DNA of 64,000 nucleotides from Candidatus Latescibacterota bacterium (GCA_965217585.1 OZ244561.1:2336001-2400000); one strand, 5' to 3'. Counted from the stretch's first letter, positions 10,160 to 21,326 are shown. Notes: generated from the letters alone by a model not told the origin. A program made the numbers and translations.

Positions 10160-11728
10160 ATGACAGAGCGAACGGCCGCGCCCGACTACGGCATCATGTA
10201 CAACTGGGACGGTGCGCCCCACGGCTACAGCGAATACCCCCAATCGCTGGCGCAGTTCCTCGACAAAGTGTACGCGCCCCTAGCCGATACTCAGGTGGGG
10301 GCTTTGTGCTGGTGCGTGGGCGTCCACGAAGTGCCTTGGCCCTCAGAGCAATTGGATGTGGTAGGAGCATCGACCGAGCGGCACTACGATTCGGTGCAGA
10401 CTATGCGCCACACCGAAAACATTCGCGCCCTTTTCGAGCGGGGGGACGATTTGTACGGAGCACTGGTGCAGCGCGGGCGCGAACTGGGCATGGCGGTGCT
10501 GCCATCGCTGCGCATGAACGACAACCACTTCTGGGATTTGCGCCCGGGCGATCTAGGCGGCTTGCAACGGGCCGAGCTAACGCCGCTGCGGCAGCAGCAC
10601 CCCGAGTGGCTTTTGGGCGAGGAGCAGGCACCGGGCTGGGCCTCGACTTCGTGGAATATGGCCATCCCCGAAGTGCGGGCCTACATCTTGCAGCGCGTCG
10701 TCGAAGCCTGCCGCTTGGCCGACTGGGATGGCGTCGAGTTGGATTGGCAGCGGCACGCCTTTCACTTGCCAGCCGACGATGCGTACCGCTTGCGCTACGT
10801 TTTGACCGATCTCATGCGAGCCATACGAGCGCAGACCGACCAGATAGCCGAGGAGCGGGGGCGGCCCTTTCACGTGGCCGTGCGAGTGGCCACGACCTTT
10901 GAAGCCTGCCGCCGCATTGGCTACGATGTGGAGACTTGGGTGCGGGATGGATTGTGCGATGTGGTTATCAGCGGCGGCAATTCGGGGACCGATCCAGGGG
11001 CCGAGGTCGAGCGTTTTGTCGAGTTGTGCCGTCCTCACGGCGTGCGCTTCTACGCTGGCTTTGACTCGGACGGGCGGCAGCAGGCGCGGCGCTTGCTGCC
11101 TCATGGAGCGTGGCGGGTGGATTGGTTCCGCGGCTTGGCCCAAGACCAGCTAGCGCGTGGAGCGGACGGCGTGTATGTCTTCAACTGGCACGGCCATGCC
11201 CAGACGCACCGACCATTGCTCACTACCATGGGATCGGCAGCAACACTGGCCGGCTTGGACAAAGTGTACACTGCCCTGCACCGTAGCATTGGTCCCAAGA
11301 CCGGGAACCGAGTGGATGCCGAGCGCGACGACCGCCTGTACGGCGAGGTACCGGTGACGCTGTATCCCACCCTGACGGACAGTGGCCCGAGCTTCCACGT
11401 CCGCGTCGGTGACGAGGTCGAGACCGAAGGCGAGTTGGCAGCCGCCGAATTGCAGATCGAAATAGCCCACTGGTCGTCCGCCGACCGGATCGAAGTGATG
11501 TTGGACGGAGTCGCGTTGGCAGCGCCGGTGGTGCGCGATGCCGCGGCCGAAGATGCATCCGATCCAAGCGATGTGTCTGAGAACGCTTGGCTTTGCTGGC
11601 GCTTGACCGCGGCACAGGTGGGGCGCGGCGTTCACCAAATCCGGCTGCGTCTGTTAGAGCGGGATGCGCGGCTGCGGGTACCCTTGCGGGTCGAGCAGGT
11701 GGAAATCTATTTGCAGTACCACCGGTAG
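10160..11728 (+). CDS. Uncharacterised GH10-like/DUF187-type TIM-barrel protein with C-terminal beta domain
   Basis: MYNWDG, SLRMNDNH, DWDGVELDW, GADGVYVFNW; ATG after GAGG. Confidence 0.65.
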   Translation: MTERTAAPDYGIMYNWDGAPHGYSEYPQSLAQFLDKVYAPLADTQVGALCWCVGVHEVPWPSEQLDVVGASTERHYDSVQTMRHTENIRALFERGDDLYGALVQRGRELGMAVLPSLRMNDNHFWDLRPGDLGGLQRAELTPLRQQHPEWLLGEEQAPGWASTSWNMAIPEVRAYILQRVVEACRLADWDGVELDWQRHAFHLPADDAYRLRYVLTDLMRAIRAQTDQIAEERGRPFHVAVRVATTFEACRRIGYDVETWVRDGLCDVVISGGNSGTDPGAEVERFVELCRPHGVRFYAGFDSDGRQQARRLLPHGAWRVDWFRGLAQDQLARGADGVYVFNWHGHAQTHRPLLTTMGSAATLAGLDKVYTALHRSIGPKTGNRVDAERDDRLYGEVPVTLYPTLTDSGPSFHVRVGDEVETEGELAAAELQIEIAHWSSADRIEVMLDGVALAAPVVRDAAAEDASDPSDVSENAWLCWRLTAAQVGRGVHQIRLRLLERDARLRVPLRVEQVEIYLQYHR

Positions 11729-11788
11729 AGTTGTGCATTTATTGATAGTCAGTTCACTTTGCCCGATCCCACTGGAGTGGACCACTCG

Positions 11789-14140
11789 ATGCTGGGAATA
11801 GCTATATCCGCTGTTCTGGTCATAGGCCTAGTACTGCCGACGCACGCCCAAATTGAAAAGAGCGACCTCTATATCGGTCTGTTGCTCGATTTTGAGACCG
11901 AGGCAACTGATGACGAAAGTGAGCTGATCCTCCTGCAGGAGGAAATCCACAAGGTGCTAGGGGTCGATAAGTCGGTCCATTTCCTCCCCGAGCATCTGCG
12001 TTTCTCCGCCGATTACGAAGACTATCTATCCCTAGCCAACGACCCGGCGGTCGATCTGATCATTGCCGCCGGGCCAGTAAGCGCCGCAATGTTGGCCGCC
12101 CAAGGCAACCTGCCCAAACCGACGATCGCCGTGGGGATACTGGACGTGGAATTACAGCGAATGCCCCTAGTCGAGCCCGGCGTCTCCGGGGTGCACAATT
12201 TTACCTACGTTCTCAGTACCCACCCGATCCAAAAGGACTTGGCGGCGTTCCACCGCATCCATCCTTTTGCGCATCTGGCCGTTATCATCAGTGAAAACCT
12301 GCAAGGCACGCTGGATTTCGAGGGCTTCTTCGCCGGCCTCGCAGCGCCTTACGAGGCCCAGGTGGAGTTGGTTTTTTGGGAGACAGAAGCGTCTCTCCCG
12401 GCGCTGAGCGACGCGGTTGACGCGGTCTATCTAACGATGGTCTTCGAGCGCTCACCCGAGGAGGTCGCCCTGCTGGCCGAGGCCCTTGCCGAGCGCAAGC
12501 TGCCTTCCTTTGCCATGAGCCGGCCGTATGTGGACGCGGGGATGATGGCCTGTATCGGCGACGAAAACGGCCGCGACCAGATTTTCCGCAACTTGGCCCT
12601 GATCGTCGAGGGAGTCGCGCTGGGAGAAGAGCTGGCGGCGATGCCCGTGCGGCGCAATCTCGACGAGCAATGGGTGCTGAATGCCGCAACAATCCGACGG
12701 ATCGGTCTCGACCTCTCTTTTGCAACGCTGTTTTCCGCCCGTTTTCTCAAAGCCGACGAACCCGCTACCGATCGACGCCTGAGTTTGCAGGAGATTATCG
12801 CCGAAGGCTTGCAGCGCAACCTCGACCTACGCATCGAAAAACGCAACGTCGATTTGGCCCGCCAAGATATGCGCCAGGCCAAATCGTCCCTCCTGCCCAC
12901 TGTAGAAACCTCGACCACTCTGTTGCAGGTGGACCCAAATGTCGCCGAGCGCGCCTTGGGTCAACAGCCCGAGCGCACCGGCGCGGGCACGGGTACCGTA
13001 CAGCAGGTACTATTTTCCGAGCCAGTCTTCGCCAACGTCCAAATTCAGCGATATCTAGCCGAAGCCGCCCGCCATCGATCCGATCTAGTCGCACTCGACT
13101 TGGTGCTGAACCTAGCGACGGCCTATTTCGACATCTTGCTGGCCAAGACCGGGGTACGCATCCAAGATGAAAATCTCGAAGCCTCGCGCCGCAACTTGAA
13201 GATCGCCCGCACCCGCAATGCCGTCGGCTACGCTGGCATGGCCGACGTATTCCGCTGGGAGAGCGAAGTGGCCCGCGCTACCCAAGCCTCGATTGAGGCT
13301 TTCAACAGCCTCTACCTTGCCAAAGTGCAACTCAACCGATTGCTCAACCGGGCGGATATCGGCGCGGAGTTCGAGGTGGAGGATGCCCGGCTTTCCGACG
13401 AACTCTTTGGTCGCTTCGATCCGACCCGCATCGGTCCCCTGATTGACCGCGCCGGCGATGTGGAGATCCTGACCGACTTTCTCGTCGCAGAGGCCCTTAA
13501 AAACATGCCCTCGCTCAAACAGCTAGCGGCCAATATGAAAGCAGCCGAACGCCAGCAGCAGATGAACCGCCGGCTGTACTACCTGCCTACCGTGGCTTTG
13601 CGAGGACAGGCCGACTACACCTTCTGGCGCGCCGGCAAGGGGATGCCGCCCGTCTCCGCCGCTCCCATCGACGGCACTTGGAATTTGGCCCTTCACTTCA
13701 CCTATCCCCTCTTTCAGGGCAACCAGCGCAAGATTGCCATCGACCAGACCGCAATCCAGCAGCAGCAACTCCGCCTCCAAGAGGAGAGTTTGCGCCAGCA
13801 GCTATCCCAAGCCGTCCGGGTGCGAATGACCAACTTGGTGTCCAGGCGCACCAACATACACTTTGCCGAGGTGGCGGCGGCAAGCGCCCAAAAGAACTTT
13901 GAACTAGTGCAGGACGCCTATCAAAAGGGCCAACTGGAAATCACCCAACTGGTGGATGCCCAACGAGCCGCCCTTTCCGCCCGCCAAGCCGAGGCCGGGG
14001 CCGTTTACGAATACCTAGTCAGCTATCTCCAGTTGGAAAACAGCATCGGAGGCTACACCATGTTCATGACCTCAGAGGAGCAGCAGGCCTTTGTCGGGCG
14101 CTTGACGGCCTTCTTCTCCAAAAGAAAAAACGCACCATGA
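11789..14140 (+). CDS. TolC-family outer membrane efflux protein with N-terminal periplasmic binding-protein-like domain
   Basis: C-terminal about 450 aa show the OEP repeat pattern (LSLQEIIAEGLQRNLDL, YQKGQLEITQLVDAQR); N-terminal about 330 aa alpha/beta ending LNAATIRRIGL; start approximate. Confidence 0.85.
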   Translation: MLGIAISAVLVIGLVLPTHAQIEKSDLYIGLLLDFETEATDDESELILLQEEIHKVLGVDKSVHFLPEHLRFSADYEDYLSLANDPAVDLIIAAGPVSAAMLAAQGNLPKPTIAVGILDVELQRMPLVEPGVSGVHNFTYVLSTHPIQKDLAAFHRIHPFAHLAVIISENLQGTLDFEGFFAGLAAPYEAQVELVFWETEASLPALSDAVDAVYLTMVFERSPEEVALLAEALAERKLPSFAMSRPYVDAGMMACIGDENGRDQIFRNLALIVEGVALGEELAAMPVRRNLDEQWVLNAATIRRIGLDLSFATLFSARFLKADEPATDRRLSLQEIIAEGLQRNLDLRIEKRNVDLARQDMRQAKSSLLPTVETSTTLLQVDPNVAERALGQQPERTGAGTGTVQQVLFSEPVFANVQIQRYLAEAARHRSDLVALDLVLNLATAYFDILLAKTGVRIQDENLEASRRNLKIARTRNAVGYAGMADVFRWESEVARATQASIEAFNSLYLAKVQLNRLLNRADIGAEFEVEDARLSDELFGRFDPTRIGPLIDRAGDVEILTDFLVAEALKNMPSLKQLAANMKAAERQQQMNRRLYYLPTVALRGQADYTFWRAGKGMPPVSAAPIDGTWNLALHFTYPLFQGNQRKIAIDQTAIQQQQLRLQEESLRQQLSQAVRVRMTNLVSRRTNIHFAEVAAASAQKNFELVQDAYQKGQLEITQLVDAQRAALSARQAEAGAVYEYLVSYLQLENSIGGYTMFMTSEEQQAFVGRLTAFFSKRKNAP

Positions 14141-15243
14141 AGCGAGGTATCATGCCAAAGCGAAATTTCGCAGCCATCGGGGTCCATATTCTGGCAATGG
14201 GCCTGTGGGTTGGTTGTGGCGGCGAACCACAGGTCGCCGAACCCATTCGCCCGGTAAAATACGCCGAAGTCCGTCCCGCCAGCGCCGTCCAGAGCCAGCG
14301 TTTTGCCGGCACCGCCAAAGCCGGCATCGAAGCCAAACTCAGCTTTAGAACGGGCGGACTCATCGAAGCGATCGGCGTAAAGGTGGGCGACCAAGTCGAA
14401 GCAGGTCAGCGCATTGCCACACTCGACAACCGGGATGCAGTCCTCGCACATCAACGGGCCAAGGCGGCGCTAGAAAACGCCCGCGTGCAAAAGGCCAATG
14501 CCCAGTCCAAGCTCATTCGCGTACGGCAGCTCTACCAAGCCAACAATGTCTCCCTCGCTGAGTACGAACAGGCCAAAAACGGCTTTGCCTCGGCCACGTC
14601 CAGCTACGAATCGGCCCAGAAGAGTTTGGACTTACAGGAGCGCCAGCTAGGCTACAATGAGATATACGCCCCTGTCGCCGGCATAGTCACCGCGGTCCAC
14701 AACGAGGTCAACGAAGTGATCCAAGCCGGCGCGCCCTTAGTGGAGTTGAGCGCGGGCGAGGACATCGAAATGGAGGTAGGGGTGCCCGAGGGCTATATCG
14801 CCCAAATCCAGACCGGAGAACCGGTGAGCGTGCGTTTTTCAGCTCTGCCCGGACTGGATTTTGCGGCCCAAGTGCGCGAGATAGCATACGCACTCGACGC
14901 CTCCAGCACGTATCCGGTCATTGTGCGACTCGACGCCCCTGCTCCCGCCATCCGGCCCGGTATGGCCGGCGAGGTGGAATTTCGCTTTGGCACCGATGGG
15001 CCATCGGACCCGCTCGTGGTACCCGTCAAAGCGGTAGGGGAAGACGCCAAAGGCCAATATGTCTTTGTGATAGACGAGGTCGCCAAGGGCCTAGGTACTG
15101 TCCACCGCCGGCCGATTCGCATCGGCAAGCTGTTGGCGGACGGTTTTGTCGTGGAAGAAGGACTCGCCGAACGGGAGTTGGTCGCGACCGCGGGCCTCAG
15201 ATCGCTCTTGAACGGGATGAAGGTGCGTCTTTTGCAAGAGTGA
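14137..15243 (+). CDS. RND efflux membrane fusion protein
   Basis: LSFRTGG, VKVGDQVEAGQ, IYAPVAG, IRPGMAG; ATGA overlap with TolC gene. Confidence 0.92.
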   Translation: MKRGIMPKRNFAAIGVHILAMGLWVGCGGEPQVAEPIRPVKYAEVRPASAVQSQRFAGTAKAGIEAKLSFRTGGLIEAIGVKVGDQVEAGQRIATLDNRDAVLAHQRAKAALENARVQKANAQSKLIRVRQLYQANNVSLAEYEQAKNGFASATSSYESAQKSLDLQERQLGYNEIYAPVAGIVTAVHNEVNEVIQAGAPLVELSAGEDIEMEVGVPEGYIAQIQTGEPVSVRFSALPGLDFAAQVREIAYALDASSTYPVIVRLDAPAPAIRPGMAGEVEFRFGTDGPSDPLVVPVKAVGEDAKGQYVFVIDEVAKGLGTVHRRPIRIGKLLADGFVVEEGLAERELVATAGLRSLLNGMKVRLLQE

Positions 15244-15271
15244 GACGCGCCCGGCCTGAACGGACTATGCT

Positions 15272-18200
15272 ATGAACCTCACCCAAATTGCCTTGGAAAA
15301 TAACCGCGTCACCATCGTGGTCTTGCTCGTCGTTGGGCTGCTGGGCCTGGCTGGCTATCAGACGATGCCGCGCGACAGTATGCCCCCGTACACGGTCCGC
15401 GTCGCCTCGGTGGTGGCCAGCTTTCCCGGCGCTGGTCCCGAGCGGGTCGAGGCCCTGATCACCAGCAAGATCGAAGAAGTCGCGCAAGAGTTGCCCGAGC
15501 TGAAAGCCGTCGCTAGTGAGTCGCGGACCGGACTGTCGGTAGTGTCGGTAGAACTCAAACAGGAAGTACCGCCGGACGAACTCCAAGCCGTATGGGACCG
15601 ATTGCGTCGCAAGATTGAGACCATCCGCTCGGATCTGCCCGAAGGCATCTATGGCCCCGAGGTCAAGGACGATGGGATCGGGGTGGTGTACGGCATTGTG
15701 ATCGGCCTGACAGGAGATGGTTTCACCTTTGCCGAACTCGAGACCTACGCCAAAGACCTGCGCGACGACCTGATCAAGCTACCCGACGCTGCCGAGGTCC
15801 AAATAAGCGGCATCCAAAAGGAGCGGATATACCTGCAATTCAACGACGCCCGGCTGGCCGAGTTGGGCCTTTCGGCTCAAAAGATCAAGAACAGCATCGC
15901 CAGTACCAATATCGTTTTTTCCGGTGGCGAGGTTAGCCTAGAGGATGAACGCCTAGTGCTCGAACCGACCGGCAGTTACGCCGGGCTGGAAGATCTGGGG
16001 AGGACGTTGATCGCGGTGGGCAAGGGCGGGAGCGTGTACCTCGGCGACATAACCCGCATCGTGCGAGACTATGAGACGCCCCAACAGCGCTTGGTCAAAA
16101 TCAACGGTCAGCCGGGACTGTCGCTCTCGGTAACGCTCAGCGAAGGGGCCAATATCATCAAGCTGGGCAAGGAGATCGACCAACTGGTAGCCCTCCACCA
16201 AGCGCGGCTGCCGCTGGGGATAACCTTCAACAGAGTGGCATCCCAAGACTTTGAGGTAGAGAAATCGGTCGCCAACTTCACCAACAATCTCTTGCAAAGC
16301 GTCACTATCGTGCTGTTGTCCATGCTGATCTTTTTGGGACTGCGCACCGGTCTGGTCGTGGCCAGCCTCATTCCCATGACCATTGTCGCGACCCTTTTCA
16401 TCATGGGGGTGCTCGATATCGGTCTCAACCAAGTGTCGCTGGCGGCGCTGATCATGGCGCTGGGCATGTTGGTGGATAATGCCATCGTGGTGTCCGAAGC
16501 CATTATGGTCAAGATGGAAAAGGGCACCGACGCCAAAGAGGCCGCCATTGAATCGGCGCGGGAACTGGCCGTGCCGCTCTTGGTCTCTTCGCTGACCACT
16601 TCAGCCGCGTTCTTGTCCTTCTTTCTCGCCGCGTCCATCATGGGCGAGATGATGGGGCCGCTCTTCAGTGTGATTACCATAGCCCTGCTCTCTTCCTGGT
16701 TGCTCTCCCTGACCATGGTCACTTTGTTGGCGGTGTTTTTCATTCGGGTGAAACAGCAGGCCTCTCAGTCCGAGAAAAGCACTTTTATCGGTCGCCTCAA
16801 CGGCCAGTATAAAGAGCTGCTCCTCAAGGCCCTTGAGCGCCCCTATTCATTTATGGGGATCATCGCCGGTTTGTTTGTATTGTCGCTTTTCGGCTTTGGT
16901 TTCTTGCCGTTCATCTTCTTTCCCGACAGCGAGCGCAATCTGTTGACAGTAAATCTGAATTTGCCCTTGGGCACCAAGATCGAGACGACGGCTGCCCGGG
17001 TGGAACGGCTCGAGTCGTATATTGCGGATAGCCTCTTGGTGAGCACACACCGCCAGCGCGGGGTAACGGACTGGGCGACCTTTGTCGGCGAGGGGCCGCC
17101 TTCCTACGACCTAGGTTATCAGCCGGGTGAAGCCAATTCGGGTTACGCCCATATACTGCTCAACACTAGTTCGGGCGACGATAACCAATGGGTAATCGAC
17201 CGCCTAGATGCCTTTTGCTTCCGCTCCTTTCCAGACGCCGAAATACGGGTTTCGCGGTTGGCGGGGGGCGGAGGTGGCAGTGACGTGGCCGTGCGGATAA
17301 CAGGGCCGGATCCCAACGAACTGTTCGGTCTCGCCGACCGCATCAAGCAAAAACTCAACGAAATATCCAGTACGCAGAATATCGGCGACGATTGGGGGCC
17401 TAAAATCAAAAAAGTCGTCGTTGACATCGACCAGTCCAAGACCCGGAATGCCGGCCTGACCAATCAGGATATCGCCCTTTCGTTACAGACCGCGCTCACA
17501 GGGTTCAATACGGGTGCTTTCCGCGAGGGCGACCAGAGCATCCCCATCGTCCTGCGCAACGAAAGCAGTCAGGACGTCGATGTGCGACAGCTAGAAAGCA
17601 TCAACATCTACGCCCAAGGTTCGGGCAAAAACGTGCCCCTGGGACAAGTGGCACAGATTGTGCCCCAATGGCAACTCCCCAAGATTAAACGGCGCGATCT
17701 GTACCGCACCTTGACGATAACCTGCGACGCCAAAAGCGGTTTTACGGCGCAGGATATCACCGACGCGCTCATCCCTTGGCTCAAAGAAGACAGCGAATCT
17801 TGGAAACCGGGGTACCGCTACGAGCTAGGCGGCGAGTCGGAGCAGAGCGGCGAGGCCATGAGCGCGGTCGTCGCCAAACTGCCTCTGTCCGGCTTTATCA
17901 TTCTGGCGCTGTTGATTGTTCAGTTCAACTCCTTCCGCAAGACCTTTATCGTGCTGAGCACCATTCCTCTCGGTCTGATTGGGGTTATCGTCGGATTGCT
18001 TATCTTCCGGTCATTCTTTGGCTTTTTCGCCTTTCTCGGATTGATCTCGCTGGCCGGTATCGTCATCAACAACGCGATCGTGCTCATAGACCGCATACAA
18101 ATCGAACTGGATCGGGCCGGGCGGGCGTCTATTGAGGCGATTGTCGCCGCGGCTCAGCAGCGTTTTCGCCCCATCTTGCTGACCACCTGCACGACGACGC

Positions 18201-18346
18201 TGGGGCTTATTCCCCTCTATTTGGGCGGCGGGCTGATGTGGGAGCCGATGGCGGTGGCCATCATGGTGGGCTTGCTTTTTGCCACCGTTATCACCTTGCT
18301 GTTCGTGCCGGTGCTCTACAAAATTCTCTTCGCAGTCAAAAACTGA
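15272..18346 (+). CDS. RND efflux permease (AcrB/AcrD/AcrF family)
   Basis: 1024 aa; GMLVDNAIVV, GIVINNAIVLID, RFRPILLT. Confidence 0.95.
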   Translation: MNLTQIALENNRVTIVVLLVVGLLGLAGYQTMPRDSMPPYTVRVASVVASFPGAGPERVEALITSKIEEVAQELPELKAVASESRTGLSVVSVELKQEVPPDELQAVWDRLRRKIETIRSDLPEGIYGPEVKDDGIGVVYGIVIGLTGDGFTFAELETYAKDLRDDLIKLPDAAEVQISGIQKERIYLQFNDARLAELGLSAQKIKNSIASTNIVFSGGEVSLEDERLVLEPTGSYAGLEDLGRTLIAVGKGGSVYLGDITRIVRDYETPQQRLVKINGQPGLSLSVTLSEGANIIKLGKEIDQLVALHQARLPLGITFNRVASQDFEVEKSVANFTNNLLQSVTIVLLSMLIFLGLRTGLVVASLIPMTIVATLFIMGVLDIGLNQVSLAALIMALGMLVDNAIVVSEAIMVKMEKGTDAKEAAIESARELAVPLLVSSLTTSAAFLSFFLAASIMGEMMGPLFSVITIALLSSWLLSLTMVTLLAVFFIRVKQQASQSEKSTFIGRLNGQYKELLLKALERPYSFMGIIAGLFVLSLFGFGFLPFIFFPDSERNLLTVNLNLPLGTKIETTAARVERLESYIADSLLVSTHRQRGVTDWATFVGEGPPSYDLGYQPGEANSGYAHILLNTSSGDDNQWVIDRLDAFCFRSFPDAEIRVSRLAGGGGGSDVAVRITGPDPNELFGLADRIKQKLNEISSTQNIGDDWGPKIKKVVVDIDQSKTRNAGLTNQDIALSLQTALTGFNTGAFREGDQSIPIVLRNESSQDVDVRQLESINIYAQGSGKNVPLGQVAQIVPQWQLPKIKRRDLYRTLTITCDAKSGFTAQDITDALIPWLKEDSESWKPGYRYELGGESEQSGEAMSAVVAKLPLSGFIILALLIVQFNSFRKTFIVLSTIPLGLIGVIVGLLIFRSFFGFFAFLGLISLAGIVINNAIVLIDRIQIELDRAGRASIEAIVAAAQQRFRPILLTTCTTTLGLIPLYLGGGLMWEPMAVAIMVGLLFATVITLLFVPVLYKILFAVKN

Positions 18347-18382
18347 CCTGCGGTTTTTAACGACCAAACCATAGGAGGCGTC

Positions 18383-19633
18383 ATGAAAGTCACCGATATA
18401 GAAGTACACGAAATCAGCTTAGAGTACCAAGACTGGATCGCCTATCCGGTCAGCCACTATCAAGGCGTGACCCGGCGCACGGTGTACGTAGCCCACACCG
18501 ATACTGGTCTGATCGGCCTAGGCGAGGGCCGCACCGAGCCGCAGGAAGTCATCGACCAGTATGTGGGCAGCAATCCCTTCGAGTGGATGGGCGACGAAGT
18601 CTCCATCGGGCTAGGCACGGCCATGTACGATTTAATGGGCCAAGCCGCGGGCGTGCCGGTGTACAAGCTCTTCGGCCAGAAGTACCGCTCGTGGGTGCCG
18701 GTGGGCAGTTGGACCGTGTCGAGCGCCCCCCACCACATGGCCGAGGCCGTGGAGCGCTACGCCGCCCAAGGCTACACTTGGCTCAAGTTCCACCTGTCGC
18801 CCTTTGAGAATGTCTTCGACCAGACCGAGGCCATGCAGGCCGTGGCCCCGCCCGGGTTCAAGATCCACTACGATTTCACTGGCGGCGGCACCAATGACTA
18901 CGTGCCGGATCTGCTGGCGAGGTTGGCCCAATATCCCATTGCCGGCTGCTTTGAAGACTCGCTCAATGCCGGCGACACCTTGGCGTCGATTGACTTGCGC
19001 CGGCGCATTCCCCTGCCCATCGTGCGCCATCAAGCGCCGCTGGATGCCACGTACGAGGTGCTGATGGGGGCGGGAGACGTGTACATGCGCGGCCATCAGA
19101 AATTTGGCGAGGCGATCCGCGCCGCCGGTCTGTTCGCCGCTGGCAATATACCGTTCATGCTGCAAAACGTGGGCGGCACGATCACCCGGGCCATGGTCTG
19201 CCATATGATGGCGGCCTTTCCCTCTGCCACCTTTCACTTTATCGACAGCAGCGAAATTCTCAAGGATGAGGTGGTGAACGAGCGCTTGGATCCAGTCAAT
19301 GGACTTATTCGAGTGCCGGAAAAGCCGGGCCTAGGCCTGACTCTGGACCGCGACGAGTTGGAACGGCTAAAGAACCGGGAATTGCCGCCCATCAAGCCGT
19401 GGATCGTCAAATCGCAATTCGCCAATGGGACGCGGATGTACAATAGATACGATCCCCTGACGACGCGCCATTTCCTGATCCGGCCCGACTGGACCCGGGG
19501 CGGGATGCCCCACAGCTACGCCGCGCCCATTGAGACGGAGTACTGGGATGACGATGGCACGGCCGAATTTGCTCAGATGATGGCGCGGTTGGTGGACGAG
19601 GGGACGGTATTGGAGCCCCCAAGTTCCGTATGA
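18383..19633 (+). CDS. Mandelate racemase/muconate lactonizing enzyme (enolase superfamily)
   Basis: MKVTDIE, AMYDLMGQAAGVPVYKLFG, PEKPGLG. Confidence 0.85.
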   Translation: MKVTDIEVHEISLEYQDWIAYPVSHYQGVTRRTVYVAHTDTGLIGLGEGRTEPQEVIDQYVGSNPFEWMGDEVSIGLGTAMYDLMGQAAGVPVYKLFGQKYRSWVPVGSWTVSSAPHHMAEAVERYAAQGYTWLKFHLSPFENVFDQTEAMQAVAPPGFKIHYDFTGGGTNDYVPDLLARLAQYPIAGCFEDSLNAGDTLASIDLRRRIPLPIVRHQAPLDATYEVLMGAGDVYMRGHQKFGEAIRAAGLFAAGNIPFMLQNVGGTITRAMVCHMMAAFPSATFHFIDSSEILKDEVVNERLDPVNGLIRVPEKPGLGLTLDRDELERLKNRELPPIKPWIVKSQFANGTRMYNRYDPLTTRHFLIRPDWTRGGMPHSYAAPIETEYWDDDGTAEFAQMMARLVDEGTVLEPPSSV

Positions 19634-19697
19634 CGGTAGGAATCGGGCAGACAGACCACTAACTACGAACTTATTGGCGGGTTAGCGCCCCCACTCA

Positions 19698-21269
19698 TTA
19701 CACCTTGCGCTCAGAAGGTCCCAAGTCTGGATCGACATAAGCGCGGTGGAAATTCCTACCCTTGAGGTACTTAGTTTCCAACTCAACATCGGTCAGGGTG
19801 CAGAAGGGATCGGCCAAATCCGCGTCGCGCTCCAACAGCGTCACTTCAATGCGGTTTTTGCCTCGCACCGGCCAGTGCGCCGCGTCCAATTTGAAAATGT
19901 GCCAGTACCCACCCATCACCCGGTAGCGCGGGCCATCCATGTTGTAGAGCGAATTGATCTTGCGCCGCAGGTCGTCGGGCAAAATTTGGCCGTTGAGCGC
20001 AAACTGAATGCGATCAGTCTCGACATTGCCGTGAATGCGGAAGCGCAGCAAAACTTCGTGGACGCGGCCGAACTCCCCCCATTTTTGCAGGTCATCGGCA
20101 ATGGTCACTTCCAATTCGACGGGTTGGTCCAAATTCAATTGACGTGGTAGCGGATTAGGACGGCTGACCGGCAGCCCCCCCTCGGTGGCGGTAGGCAGGA
20201 AATAGTATTTGTCCTTGGCCGCCATAATGCTGGGGTAGGGCAGTTCCCTGAGCTTTTCGTAAAAGGACGCCTCGTACGGCCACAAGTGGAACCACTCGGA
20301 GACGTACAGGCCGTCAACGCCCTGATCCCAAAAATTGCAGACCGCGGCCCGCAGCATGGACAGGGGCGCGTCGAGCAGGCGGTCGGAAAAGACCATGCTG
20401 TTCAAGGGGGCCAATAGACGGCAGGGCGTCCCTTGGGTGAGGCCGATGAATTCGGCGTAGTCGGCCTGCATTTTCAGGCGGTAATTCTCGCCGAAGTTTT
20501 CCGCGACGACACCATCGACCAAACCCCGTTTGACCCATTCCTCTGGGTCGAGTCCGGTGCGGGCGCAATCTTCCAGGCGGTCGGGGATATGCACCACCAG
20601 CTCTTTGTCGGGGCCGCTTTGTTTGACCGCTTCGTGGACCCGGCCGATCCAGTCGGTCATCAGGGCGCGCCCAGCGTCGATTTCGTCGGGGTGGAAGAAA
20701 TAGGGCATTTGGTTGAGCTGTAGTTCAAAGCCGTCGGTCGGATACTCGCCCATCACTTCTTCGACAATGGCAAAGCGTTCGTCGCGGACCTCCGGGTGCT
20801 TGAAGTCGAGGCCGTCCAAGCCGGGGTAGTCCGGATCGAGATCGCCGGCCGCGCCAATTTCGAGGTGCTGGTTGTCAATGCGAAAATTGGAACAGCGCAC
20901 CGAGGCGTGGTCAACGCCGCCGCGCTGTACGATTAGGGTGGGATAAACCTGGATCCCCAACTCGTGGGCCCGGTCGCAGACCAAGCGCAGCGGATCGTGG
21001 CCAGCGTCGATGAGGGATTGGGCGTTTTGCCAAGCGCGGCGAAAGACGTGGTGATCCCAGACCTCGACATTGTGCCCCATTAACTCGCTGGCCCGGGTGT
21101 CGTGCAGCATGGTGCGGCCCTCGCCCAAACAAAAGGCGATGGCTTCGACCGTGGTGCCGGCCAATTCATCGACCAAGGCGATGTATTCCTCGGGGGCCAT
21201 GGGCGGCTCGTAGCGGTAGATGTGGGGATGCCGGCCGTCGTGGTAGTACATGATTTTGGGTTGATTCAT
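19698..21269 (-). CDS. Uncharacterised GH10-like/DUF187-type TIM-barrel protein (paralog of 59388-60965)
   Basis: YHDGRHPHIY, DGFELQLN, QGVDGLY shared with 59388-60965. Confidence 0.65.
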   Translation of the reverse strand: MNQPKIMYYHDGRHPHIYRYEPPMAPEEYIALVDELAGTTVEAIAFCLGEGRTMLHDTRASELMGHNVEVWDHHVFRRAWQNAQSLIDAGHDPLRLVCDRAHELGIQVYPTLIVQRGGVDHASVRCSNFRIDNQHLEIGAAGDLDPDYPGLDGLDFKHPEVRDERFAIVEEVMGEYPTDGFELQLNQMPYFFHPDEIDAGRALMTDWIGRVHEAVKQSGPDKELVVHIPDRLEDCARTGLDPEEWVKRGLVDGVVAENFGENYRLKMQADYAEFIGLTQGTPCRLLAPLNSMVFSDRLLDAPLSMLRAAVCNFWDQGVDGLYVSEWFHLWPYEASFYEKLRELPYPSIMAAKDKYYFLPTATEGGLPVSRPNPLPRQLNLDQPVELEVTIADDLQKWGEFGRVHEVLLRFRIHGNVETDRIQFALNGQILPDDLRRKINSLYNMDGPRYRVMGGYWHIFKLDAAHWPVRGKNRIEVTLLERDADLADPFCTLTDVELETKYLKGRNFHRAYVDPDLGPSERKV

Positions 21270-21326
21270 GGCGCGATCCTTTTCGTTAGCGATGCCCGGC
21301 CTTGCGCAAAAAAGCGGGCCGATCCC

